From Candidatus Poribacteria bacterium (GTDB lineage Bacteria; Poribacteria; WGA-4E; JAJDTR01), in assembly GCA_965222225.1 (NCBI GenBank), contig CBDCTK010000002.1:3168001-3232000 (forward strand): a stretch of DNA of 64,000 nt, given 5' to 3'. The notes beneath the pieces were generated by a model. The model did no database searches. It was not told the DNA's origin and saw nothing but the letters and a program-made list of their open reading frames with translations. The position numbers and the translations under genes are program-made. Positions 53,180 to 62,379 of this stretch are shown here, piece after piece (position 1 is the first letter of the stretch; each line of letters opens with the position of its first letter).

Positions 53180-54321
53180 AATCAGTTTACGCAGACAACA
53201 ACGCCACAACCCCTGTTGCACCAGAAGTGATAGAGGCGATAATTCCATACTTCAACAACAAGTTTTACAACCCGAGCGCGATCAGTGGACGCGCATACGG
53301 TATTGATTCAGCAATCGCCAAAGCCCGTCGGAGCGTGGCGGAATCTCTAGGTGCGTCAGACGCGAAGGAAATTGTCTTTACTTCCTGTGCAACCGAAAGC
53401 AACAACTGGACGATTTTCGGGACAACTCGGGCAAATCCTGAACGCCGGCATATCATCACATCTCAAGTAGAACATCCCTCTATACTAGAAGCGTGCAAGT
53501 CTCTATGTAAGAACGGCTATGACGTTACATTTCTCAGTGTAGATTACGATGGCAATTTGAGTACGGATGAGCTACTGGACTCCATTCGTTCTGATACCCT
53601 TTTGGTCTCGTTAATGGCAGCAAACAATGAGACAGGCGTAATATTTCCGGTTGACCTCTTATCGGCTGCTGTCAAGGAACGGGATACGAACATCATATTT
53701 CACACGGATGCCACACAGTACGTCGGAAAACTGTCCGTTAATCTCAACCGAGAGTTTGAACACATCGATCTGATGTCGTTCTCCGCCCACAAATTTCATG
53801 GACCGAAGGGAATAGGCGGGCTTTTCATTCGGAAGGGGACACCGCTGCCTCCGCTCCTGTATGGAGGAAATCAAGAGAATGGTCGTCGGAGTGGCACTGA
53901 GAATGTGCCGGGAATAATTGGCTTGGCGGAAGCGTGCAAGTTAGCTGACCGCAACATCGAAAATCTGCAACGGGTCGGCGCTTTACGCGATCAATTGGAA
54001 AGAGAACTGCTTGACCTATTCCCGACTTCCTTAATTAACGGTAAGAAGGCGAACCGCTTGCCCAATACACTTAGTATCGCTTTCGAAAATAGCGATAGTG
54101 AAACACTCCTACATCAGCTTTCCCAGAGTGGGGTGTACGCCGCAAACGGTTCGGCGTGTTCCACAGGTTCGTTGGATTATTCTCACGTCCTTTCGGCGAT
54201 GCAAGTGCCGTATGATTATATTGCCGGCAGTATACGATTTAGTTTCAGTTATCTAAATTGTCCGGAGGACGTGAAAACAATCGCAGAAAAAATGAAACAG
54301 ATTTGTGGTACAGCCTTTTGA
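53176..54321 (+). CDS. sspA: Cysteine desulfurase (IscS/SspA/DndA-like)
   Basis: DNNATT, HTDATQ, SAHKFHGPKG.G, GSAC; overlaps the sspH stop (ATGA). Confidence 0.88.
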   Translation: MKSVYADNNATTPVAPEVIEAIIPYFNNKFYNPSAISGRAYGIDSAIAKARRSVAESLGASDAKEIVFTSCATESNNWTIFGTTRANPERRHIITSQVEHPSILEACKSLCKNGYDVTFLSVDYDGNLSTDELLDSIRSDTLLVSLMAANNETGVIFPVDLLSAAVKERDTNIIFHTDATQYVGKLSVNLNREFEHIDLMSFSAHKFHGPKGIGGLFIRKGTPLPPLLYGGNQENGRRSGTENVPGIIGLAEACKLADRNIENLQRVGALRDQLERELLDLFPTSLINGKKANRLPNTLSIAFENSDSETLLHQLSQSGVYAANGSACSTGSLDYSHVLSAMQVPYDYIAGSIRFSFSYLNCPEDVKTIAEKMKQICGTAF

Positions 54322-54364
54322 CATCTGGGCGGCGACGAAATTAAACTCACCACTCCATACCTAC

Positions 54365-55237
54365 CTAATATTCCGCCACGCGCCGCGCTTTTATCTCTCC
54401 CCAAGTCAGAGATAGTTTATCCAACGGATCCACCGCGAGCGTCATGTGTCGCTTAGCGTCGTCTTGAGTCATGGCTATATTCCAGAAGCGAACCTCGTCA
54501 ACTGTGGCGGGAAAGAACCCGGTGCCGGTCTGTTCGGCGTGGTTCGGAATATGAATCCCAATCCAGATGTGCTTGCGTCCGCCGTCAGCCTTGTTAAGAC
54601 TTCGGTTGCGCTCGTCCTCCACGCCAACCAAACGTCCGTTGATAAAAAGCCGAATCTCTTTGGCATCTTCGTCGCGAACCGCGGCGATGTGATGCCACTC
54701 CCCGTCGTTCAGGTGAAATGTGTTGTCCGCGACAACACCCTGCGGGCCGCCACTTGTATGGGAATTCACGTTAATGTTGTAGAAAGAGAGGTTGTTGCCG
54801 TTTTGCAGGAACATAGACCAATGACCGTGAAAGTGTTCCTCAGGCCCATATCCCCCGAAAACCAGATATCCGCGTAGTCGTTTGACCGGCTGCTCGACCG
54901 CAATTTCCGGGCCCACGGCTTTAGTTTTGAACCAAAGTTCCGCAGTGAAGGAGTTTCTCTCCGCCTCAATCATCTCGGGAGTGAGTTCAATCTGCAGGTA
55001 CCCGCTTTCACCATCCAGTTCCAGCGCTTTGCCGCGAAGACCCGGAACAATCTTTGCGCCCCCGTTGATGACCCCACCCTTCGTTTTTCCGGTCAAATCC
55101 CGCGCGACCTTCCCGTCGCCACTGTCGAAAGAAAGATAAAGCAGCAAGTTCTCATTCACGGCTTTAACAGACGATACCGAGGCTACCAAGCATATGCAGG
55201 CGCCCATTGCGATGGCGAGGTTGTTTGTTACTCTCAT
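54365..55237 (-). CDS. Secreted LamG domain protein, paralog of 34877-35776
   Basis: Shared segments DLTGKT.GG, LTPE.IEAER.SFTAELW, GTGFFPA..DEVRFWN; C-terminal AVDPLDKLSLTWGEIK. Confidence 0.88.
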   Translation of the reverse strand: MRVTNNLAIAMGACICLVASVSSVKAVNENLLLYLSFDSGDGKVARDLTGKTKGGVINGGAKIVPGLRGKALELDGESGYLQIELTPEMIEAERNSFTAELWFKTKAVGPEIAVEQPVKRLRGYLVFGGYGPEEHFHGHWSMFLQNGNNLSFYNINVNSHTSGGPQGVVADNTFHLNDGEWHHIAAVRDEDAKEIRLFINGRLVGVEDERNRSLNKADGGRKHIWIGIHIPNHAEQTGTGFFPATVDEVRFWNIAMTQDDAKRHMTLAVDPLDKLSLTWGEIKARRVAEY

Positions 55238-55380
55238 GAATTCCTCCCCGGTCGGTCAATCCTCACGGTCCGGTTTCTGATTCTGTAGGTTCCCGCCGTC
55301 AAGTTAACCAATATCCTAGCGATATCTACTTAACGTGTCAAGGAAGATGTTCAAACCCAAGGCAATAACGACGTTTACCT

Positions 55381-57294
55381 CTACATCGTGCCGCCGAAGA
55401 ATATGAACCGATGCATAATATCGCCGATTATCGTCCAGATGCTCCCCACGACGTATTCCCCCAAAATGAGTCCCAAGAATAGAGGTCGCGCGCGGCGGTA
55501 CTGTCCAACCCCGCCGTACCTTATCAGTAACCACTTCATCGCGAAGCCGATAAACATGGAGAACCAGAAGTGGTTGATGTCTAGGCTGTTCGCTATCGCA
55601 TACCCACCCGGGTGCAGCCGCCACCAGAGGAACCGCTGGCGCATGGCAATCAGAAAGACTGAAACGCCAAAACCGATGCCTATGGTCTGTATACCTGAAA
55701 TCTCGATTTTTTTGGAGGGATAGGCGATCCAGTCTGCCACCCGCGTGTAGATAACATCGGCGAACCGTTGCAGGGAGCTGCCGCCCGAAGTGTAAGCCAC
55801 ATGCAGATAAACCCAGAACAGACTGAGTGTGCCGACAACCAACGCGGCTGTCATAGCCAGAAATATCCGCTTGTTGCCTACCCCGGCACGGTCAAGCAGC
55901 GCCAATCCCTCCATCTGATGCGGCTGCGGATGCCCCCGGTACGTGAAGTTGAAGAACCCCAGCATCGACATCACCGTTAAATTTCGATACCCTATACGGC
56001 GCGCCCCAAGAACATCGGGCAGAATCTGATCCGGTCCAGTGAAATGGAAGTCGTGCATGGGGACCCCCATCTCGGCTCGAAATCGGGTTAATCCAAGGGA
56101 CACCAGATAGTAGAGCAGAAAGAAAGTGAGGCTCAACCAGATCGCCATTCCCGCCTTCCACAGGAACAGGGTCATAAATCCAATCCCCAGAACTATGGTC
56201 AATACCGCTTTACGATAATTCGCTTGCTCCTCGGAATCAATTCCGGATGCACGCCTGAACATAACATTGAAGTATTTTCTGTTCACCCAGATTGCAATCA
56301 CCGCCATTCCGACCAATGCGCCGAACGACTGCTGATTGAGCGAAACCAGATACCCGGTATACGCAACACGCCGCGCGCCCAGCATTTCCGCGACAATCCG
56401 TTGCACCTTGCTCAGAAAGAAAAAGAATGCGCAAGAGAACGACATATCTAACGGCATGAAGAATCCCAAGCCAATGACGGGAAAGGCGAATCCGAGTTGT
56501 AGACTGCCGATGGCGCTCCACGGCTTGGTCGTGAAAAAATTGGACAATTCGTTTTCGTACGGATGGATACGTAGCCTCGGAACAGCAGGGTAGAGCGAAG
56601 CCAAACCGTTAATCAGCGCTATTCCGCCAGAGATGCCGAAGCCAATCCATAATAACCGACTCTTCAAAATGGGAGTTCTGGGATTCGTTATCTCAAGCGG
56701 CAACTGAATAATCGGATAGGATAGCCTCTCATTTTCCACCCACGGACGTCTGAACAACACGGCGATAGCGCCCATCACCAAGACCAACATCACGACAAAT
56801 GCCGACCAGCACAAGGCGGGGATGAGCCAGGGTTCAATGTGTTGCTTGATGTATAGCGTGGATTCTCCCCGATAGTAGGTTTGTAGCACGCCTTTATCGC
56901 TCACCGATAACCACGATGGAATATATCGGGCGAACAGGTTCTGCCAGTCGTTCTCCCGTGAGGCAACTCGAAAGGGATATTCCATGACCGGCACCAGCGT
57001 TTGCATCATCTGAAACGATTGTATCGCCGAGGTCAGGCTTAACATAATGTAAATGGTTATCAATTCCCCGTGCGTTAGAGACAGCCGCGGCGCAAACTTC
57101 GCCATTGGACGGTTAAACAGGGCTAACACAAACACGATGAACACAACATTAAAGAATGGGGAGATGATAGTGGGAATTGACTGGTACTGATAGGGTTGGC
57201 GGGAGATGACTAACCAATAACAGTTAATCGGGATAAGGATCATCCCGATTAAGATGATCCGAAGTGAAATTCCTGGCGGCTGGCTTTGTTTCAA
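55381..57294 (-). CDS. Polytopic membrane protein (DUF6785/DUF6784-like)
   Basis: Many TM helices; WVENERLSYPI.QLP, WW.LHP.GY, K.L..RYGG...Y....P.FLGL..GE. Confidence 0.75.
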   Translation of the reverse strand: MKQSQPPGISLRIILIGMILIPINCYWLVISRQPYQYQSIPTIISPFFNVVFIVFVLALFNRPMAKFAPRLSLTHGELITIYIMLSLTSAIQSFQMMQTLVPVMEYPFRVASRENDWQNLFARYIPSWLSVSDKGVLQTYYRGESTLYIKQHIEPWLIPALCWSAFVVMLVLVMGAIAVLFRRPWVENERLSYPIIQLPLEITNPRTPILKSRLLWIGFGISGGIALINGLASLYPAVPRLRIHPYENELSNFFTTKPWSAIGSLQLGFAFPVIGLGFFMPLDMSFSCAFFFFLSKVQRIVAEMLGARRVAYTGYLVSLNQQSFGALVGMAVIAIWVNRKYFNVMFRRASGIDSEEQANYRKAVLTIVLGIGFMTLFLWKAGMAIWLSLTFFLLYYLVSLGLTRFRAEMGVPMHDFHFTGPDQILPDVLGARRIGYRNLTVMSMLGFFNFTYRGHPQPHQMEGLALLDRAGVGNKRIFLAMTAALVVGTLSLFWVYLHVAYTSGGSSLQRFADVIYTRVADWIAYPSKKIEISGIQTIGIGFGVSVFLIAMRQRFLWWRLHPGGYAIANSLDINHFWFSMFIGFAMKWLLIRYGGVGQYRRARPLFLGLILGEYVVGSIWTIIGDIMHRFIFFGGTM

Positions 57295-57347
57295 GACATT
57301 CCTTTTACGGTTTATGGCACGAATTCTCGATTATCAGATCGAAGTTC

Positions 57348-57370
57348 TTGTAGGGTGGGCACTGCCCACC
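57348..57370. repeat. REP palindrome, exact reverse complement of 34098-34120
   Basis: TTGTAGGGTGGGCACTGCCCACC. Confidence 0.75.
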
Positions 57371-57457
57371 ATTCCCGGTTGAGTTCATACTAATACCATT
57401 TCTATATATTTTCAGTGCATAAATTGCGTCAATCAAGTCGTTCCAAGGCAGGGCAAG

Positions 57458-57507
57458 GGGATCTCTATCGCGGTCGTTATCCACTCCCTTGATCTATTCG
57501 CTCAGTT
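57458..57507 (+). repeat. Modular array, copy E
   Basis: GGGATCT CTATCGCGGTCG TTATCCACTCCC TTGATC TATTCGCTCAG. Confidence 0.85.
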
Positions 57508-57565
57508 TGCGCATCACGAGCACAATCTAACAGATTATGCTACAAAGGCGGCAACTTGGGTTATC

Positions 57566-57665
57566 TAACAAGTGAACGCCAATGTTCATTTTTTGTGCAA
57601 GAGGGGCGTTGGCAGATCTCGCAACAGTGCCTGTGTCTTACAAATCTGGTAGAGCACCAGTGCTG
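57566..57665 (+). repeat. ~100-bp direct repeat, copy 1
   Basis: TAACAAGTGAACGCCAATGTTCA...TACAAATCTGGTAGAGCACCAGTGCTG; matches 63774-63872. Confidence 0.85.
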
Positions 57666-57737
57666 ACCTACCCTCCTGCTGGTAATACCATTTCTTACAG
57701 TGATAGGGTATCAATGATGTGAATTTCAGAAAAAAAG

Positions 57738-57801
57738 CTATCGCCTTCGCTATGGGATCTTCTATCGCGTTCGTTATTCACTCACTTGATCTCAGTTGAT
57801 C
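57738..57801 (+). repeat. Modular array, copy F
   Basis: CTATCGCCTTCG CTATGGGATCTT CTATCGCGTTCG TTATTCACTCAC TTGATCTCAG TTGATC. Confidence 0.85.
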
Positions 57802-57857
57802 GGTTTTGGGGCAGATGGTTCTACTTTTTTAGGCTAATATAACAAAAATTTTTTAGA

Positions 57858-57886
57858 TTGATAACTTAACGTATGTGTGGTATATT
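57858..57886 (+). promoter_or_regulatory. Putative sigma70 promoter
   Basis: TTGATA-N17-TATATT with extended TG; near-duplicate of 58592-58620. Confidence 0.55.
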
Positions 57887-58093
57887 TTAGTAGAATTCAA
57901 GCGGTTATGCGAGAAAATTGACGCTTGCGAGATTTCGATAGGAGAAAAAGGCTATAGACAATTTGGATAGTTTGCCACAACAGCCTACCGAAAGACAATA
58001 TGTTTCTGTGTTGCTATCCCACAATGTACTGGCGGCATAGGCACTCAAAAACGGAGGTGCCCGCTTGCAGGATAATATTGGAGTCATTGGATT

Positions 58094-58384
58094 ATGACCG
58101 AGGAAAAAGATGTTGGCTTAAAGCAATGGGTACGCGAGATAGATAAAAAGGTGGATAACATACTTGAATTCATGCACAAGATGGAAGTCCATCTCGACTA
58201 CACATCCAAGCGTATCGATACCCAGTGCGAAAAGTTGGCAATTCAGGACAATCGGCTTAAAGCGGTCGAGGACGAAATCCAAAAGCACAAGGGGGAGCTC
58301 ACGATGCTCAAGTGGATTTTGTCCGGGATTGGCGTAATTGTGGCGGCGGCGGTTCCGATTGTTATGATAGCAAAAGGTGGTTAA
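58094..58384 (+). CDS. Small coiled-coil protein with C-terminal TM helix (XhlA-like)
   Basis: Heptad region, then LKWILSGIGVIVAAAVPIVMI. Confidence 0.65.
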   Translation: MTEEKDVGLKQWVREIDKKVDNILEFMHKMEVHLDYTSKRIDTQCEKLAIQDNRLKAVEDEIQKHKGELTMLKWILSGIGVIVAAAVPIVMIAKGG

Positions 58385-58500
58385 TAAAAAGAATAAACAT
58401 CTTTCCATAATGTCCCGGAACCCGACGGCATTACAGACAACCTCGTTGATCGCGGCTTGGACTTGGCAATACAAGCCAATCAGTCGACCAGATAGGAAGG

Positions 58501-58540
58501 GATCAACTGAACGAATAGTGAAGGCGATAGCAAATCATAG
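58501..58540 (-). repeat. Modular array, copy J (only minus-strand copy seen)
   Basis: Reverse complement reads CTATGATTTG CTATCGCCTTCA CTATTCGTTCAG TTGATC. Confidence 0.8.
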
Positions 58541-58591
58541 TCTCGATGAAAGTTACTATGAGAGTTTTATATATTTTTGATAATTTTTAGA

Positions 58592-58620
58592 TTGACAACT
58601 TAACATATATATACTATACT
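58592..58620 (+). promoter_or_regulatory. Near-consensus sigma70 promoter
   Basis: TTGACA-N17-TATACT. Confidence 0.65.
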
Positions 58621-58957
58621 TATGTATAGTATATTTTGGTAGTAGTTGATACTTCCGAAGTGATGGTTCCAAATTCTGTGTTTTTCATTTAGAGCTTGTT
58701 TCAAATGTACAAAGTCCAGCCAAGATGATGTCGACGAAATGGAGTCCAGCGGTTAAGTACCAGCAAAGTATGCGGCACAGTGCGAAAAGCAAGGCGGCAT
58801 TCTGCTTCAGTTTCAAGTAGATTCCTTTAGCATGTTTCATTTCAGAGCAATTTGCCGAATACCTTTCATGCTGTTTTATCCGCTACCCTATAAAGGGTGG
58901 CAATTTCAACCACGTAGCCTACATTGTAGGCTACGACTACCATAAGGAGGCAGCACA

Positions 58958-59203
58958 ATGCCAAACTCAGTTCACCCCGACTACCACGACAAGTGGCAAG
59001 GAAGTTGCGCGGTTGTAGGTATCTACCACACGAGCAACTCACCGGGAGAAATAACCGTGTACTCAACGCACACGTTTAATCTCTATAATAACACGACCAA
59101 GAAGCAGACGTTCAACTGCGAGTATAGTCATAAAAGGTTCGCCGCGGGCACTGAGAAACGGACACTACGACATAAACGAACGACTTCACCTAATGTTCAG
59201 TAA
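58958..59203 (+). CDS. Hypothetical protein, possibly truncated
   Basis: Strong AAGGAGG RBS before ATG; no recognised motif. Confidence 0.4.
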   Translation: MPNSVHPDYHDKWQGSCAVVGIYHTSNSPGEITVYSTHTFNLYNNTTKKQTFNCEYSHKRFAAGTEKRTLRHKRTTSPNVQ

Positions 59204-59362
59204 GGAATTATTGAAGCGAAACCAACGCGTATTCCTGGAAATACGTGGTACCGCCGACACTCGAAATCATGATGCCCCTAAACACGTTAATTGAATGGAA
59301 GTTTCTCATGTAAATGTTCAGCTACCAAATCTTTGCCCCCACCTTTCTTAGGAGACCACTGC

Positions 59363-59758
59363 ATGAAACGTCTATTCATTCAATCCCACTGTACCATGCT
59401 TAATCTAGACCACGTAAGTTCCATCCGAATTGAACCCGAATATATCAGGCCTGAATCCGGGGGTTATCGCGATCCCGGGGAACGCCAACGCACCGATTAC
59501 TACGTCGTTCACGCCGAAAACGTAGCTATATATCGATCGCGCATAGAGCAAAAGTGCGAAGAGTTTATGATGCGCCTCGGCAACGCCGTCTGCCGATCGC
59601 CTGCAGATGCGGTCATCATAGCCACAATCAATGGCAAATTCATGTACCGCGCGCCATCTGACAAGATTGTGCTAATCCCCGACGAACAGTTTCATGCGGA
59701 AATGGAACAGATCGCGACGTATGCCGAGTTGCCGGACGAGTTAGGACCGGAAGATTAA
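59363..59758 (+). CDS. Hypothetical protein
   Basis: AGGAG RBS before ATG 59363; operonic with the next ORF. Confidence 0.55.
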   Translation: MKRLFIQSHCTMLNLDHVSSIRIEPEYIRPESGGYRDPGERQRTDYYVVHAENVAIYRSRIEQKCEEFMMRLGNAVCRSPADAVIIATINGKFMYRAPSDKIVLIPDEQFHAEMEQIATYAELPDELGPED

Positions 59759-59764
59759 AGAGCA

Positions 59765-60091
59765 ATGAACCCAATCATCGACATCCCGGCAGAGGAGACC
59801 TACTCCATCCCGGACATCGTCGACCGCCTCGTCCCCCTGGTCGACGGCGTCGCACACCACCGCGCAGAAAGCGAGCTCCGCTATTCCGCCAGCGACATCT
59901 ACTGGTTGCTCCGGGACATGTTGAAGCGGGCGAACAAAGACATCGAAGGCGAGTTCTACATGCAAAGACTCAAAAAAGGAGACTGGCGGCTCGCCTATCG
60001 CCGCAGAACAGCCGACGAACAGAAAGCCGATATGCGCCACAAACGCCAAGTCGACGACACAAAGAAGCTAATCGAACGCCTGAAGTTTTGA
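59765..60091 (+). CDS. Hypothetical protein
   Basis: 6 bp after the previous stop; coding-like composition. Confidence 0.55.
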   Translation: MNPIIDIPAEETYSIPDIVDRLVPLVDGVAHHRAESELRYSASDIYWLLRDMLKRANKDIEGEFYMQRLKKGDWRLAYRRRTADEQKADMRHKRQVDDTKKLIERLKF

Positions 60092-60309
60092 AAGGAGGGG
60101 ATGCGTTATGCCTGTCTAGTGCGTTGTTTTCTTAGGGATATGCCCGACATGTAACAGCCTCGGCGAATCCACACGCCGGGGCTTCTTCGCAAATTGACAT
60201 TCTGCGGAAAAACCCCGTCTATTTGCGAAAAAATAGCCTGAGTTGCACCCTATGCCGCGATGAAAGCGGACTGAAAGTAACACGAACACCAGAAGGAGTG
60301 GTTTAATCA

Positions 60310-61161
60310 ATGAGAAAATTGTTGTGCGTTTCACTCGCTTTGCTCATCATATCGTTGTCCAACCTGTATGCCGCTTGGACCAGAGAATTCCAAGAGGGCT
60401 ACCAACTGTTGAAAGCCCTCGAAATGAATCAACTCGTCGTTGTCGGCCGCGTGTCCGGTATCGAGTATCTTACCCGTTCAAATATAAGGGGTAGCCATAC
60501 CACCGATGTTACCGTGACCGTGGACGAGACGCTCAAAGGCAGTCCGAACCTCGGCACGGATCGTGTCAAATTTATGATTAAGGGCGGTGTGGGAATCGAC
60601 ACGTTAACCGGAGAACCGATCCGCCTAAACGTTAGCTTCCAGCCCCACTTTAAACTCGGGGAGCGTGTCCTGCTCTTCCTTACCAACTCTGCCTCTAGAG
60701 ACCCCGATGCCGCCAATTACCCCCATGGTCGATACCGACTGGTGCGAGGTAAATTCGGCAAACGCCTCGTCGTCAACGGTAAGGTGTACATGCGCTATCT
60801 GGACAGCGACACCGGCAATACGCTGAAAGCTGTGGAATTGCCTCTCGATATGGCGGTAGACCTGGCAAAGGCGTTTAAGCGGGATAAAGACGCAGCCATC
60901 CTGCTCGAGAACAGCATAAAAGCGTTGGCGAAAAGCGCGGCAGATGATTTGGTCACGCTCGACTCCACCACCATCCAGAACATCAAAAGCGGCGCCAAAC
61001 AGATTCTCGATCGACCCGAAGGAGGGAATTACCATGTTCCGAACCATCGCTTTCACACTAATAGCCATCGCGATCTCGTGCGGCCTCGTATGGGCAACCT
61101 GTCACAACACGCCCGACTGTGCGGATTTAATCAACCACCTCGTTTCCGGCGACTATTTTGA
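60310..61161 (+). CDS. Secreted hypothetical protein
   Basis: Signal peptide; VV.G.V......V.E.LKG...F..GE.VLLFL pattern; 3' end overlaps the next gene. Confidence 0.65.
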   Translation: MRKLLCVSLALLIISLSNLYAAWTREFQEGYQLLKALEMNQLVVVGRVSGIEYLTRSNIRGSHTTDVTVTVDETLKGSPNLGTDRVKFMIKGGVGIDTLTGEPIRLNVSFQPHFKLGERVLLFLTNSASRDPDAANYPHGRYRLVRGKFGKRLVVNGKVYMRYLDSDTGNTLKAVELPLDMAVDLAKAFKRDKDAAILLENSIKALAKSAADDLVTLDSTTIQNIKSGAKQILDRPEGGNYHVPNHRFHTNSHRDLVRPRMGNLSQHARLCGFNQPPRFRRLF

Positions 61162-61560
61162 CGAGTCTAACAGCAATACCATAGACTACAATGTCAACAC
61201 AACGTACCACGCGGAAATGCCTAATTTAACCGCCGATGTGGACGTGGCGGCCGCGACGTGGTCCGAAGCCGAGCACACCGGACAAGAGATAGATTTTAAT
61301 CTCAATAACGCAGGTACCACAACTCAGCACGCCCACGTTCGAGATAATCGAAATGTGATCGCCTATGGCGGCACACTGCCAAGTGGATGGGCCGCCGGCG
61401 TCTATACCTGGATACAGAACGACGTCATCCTGGAAGCGGATATGATGTTCAATTACTATCTGGATTTCGAACTGCATCCGGATTGGCAGCAAGGCGATGT
61501 ATGCATCCGCAACGTGGCAACCCACGAATTCGGACACTTCGTCCACCTGCTCGATTTGGC
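61034..61560 (+). pseudogene. Matrixin-like (metzincin) metalloprotease, C-terminally truncated
   Basis: GGAGG RBS, signal peptide, DNRNVI, EADM.FN, VATHEFGH; runs directly into transposase sequence. Confidence 0.75.
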
Positions 61561-62297
61561 CCGGGTTGCCATAGTTCACCCGGATAGGTCTTGACTGCAA
61601 TTGGCCCCATTTCATCAATGCAAATTGTTCGCGTGTCCGGTGGAGGCGCGATGTACGCCGAAATTATGGCCCCCTTTTTTCCACGAACTGTTCGTCCTGT
61701 TTTTCCGCATTATGAAACCAACTCTGCTGACGTTTCCAATTCAGCCCTTCTTCAGTTATCCAGCTCCATATTGTTGAATCGGAGAGATGAATCCCTTCTC
61801 TTTCTTTGAAGCTAATTTGCAGACGTTCTAGCGTCCACAACTCAAATGGATAATCCAGACTCGACGGTCTTTGCATCGCTAAATCAATCAGTTTACTGCG
61901 AACCTCTATCGAATGCGTTTTCGGTGCGCCGCTCCGGGGTTTATCAGCAAGTCCTTCAATGCCTTCGTCGTTGAAGGGATTTTCTATCGCGCTCCTTATT
62001 CAGTCGCTTGATCGCTTAATCCATTGCGCTCCGGAAACCCCCGTTTGAATCCAGCTTGTAGGGCGGCTTTGGAACTCGTTAGTTGGTTGTCATCAATCAT
62101 ATTGACGATGAGTTGAGCTCTTTGGACGAGCTGGTGAGATTGGGTACGTGAGTTAGCTAGAGTCCTAAGTTGGTGTTCTTCTGTTTCACTAACCGTACGA
62201 ACATAATGAACTCGTTTTCCCATTATGAATTCTCCTTTCCATTTCGGTTGAATGGGCAGGAGAATTATATCATAATTACTTGCCGAGAGAACCACTA
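61548..62297 (-). mobile_element. IS630-family element remnant (3'-truncated, interrupted)
   Basis: Reconstructed RAQLI..W.KRFN.EG.EGL.DKPRSG.P..WTL..L, A6G slippery site at 61674-61680, then CIDEMGP; TA-starting end near 62297. Confidence 0.85.
61977..62012 (+). repeat. Modular array, copy G: 36-bp insertion in the IS630 transposase
   Basis: GGATTTT CTATCGCGCTCC TTATTCAGTCGC TTGAT; removing it restores WIKR-FNDEG. Confidence 0.88.
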
Positions 62298-62379
62298 AGT
62301 ATCCAGCCGAAAATTAGAAGGTCACGTGCCATGATGTTACTCCAACTTAAAAATGTCCGATAACAAACCGTATCGGACG

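Noticed and set aside
34098-57370. Identical inverted 23-bp REPs as ends of a composite transposon carrying the island
   Set aside because: They belong to a common REP family, with no transposase or target duplication.
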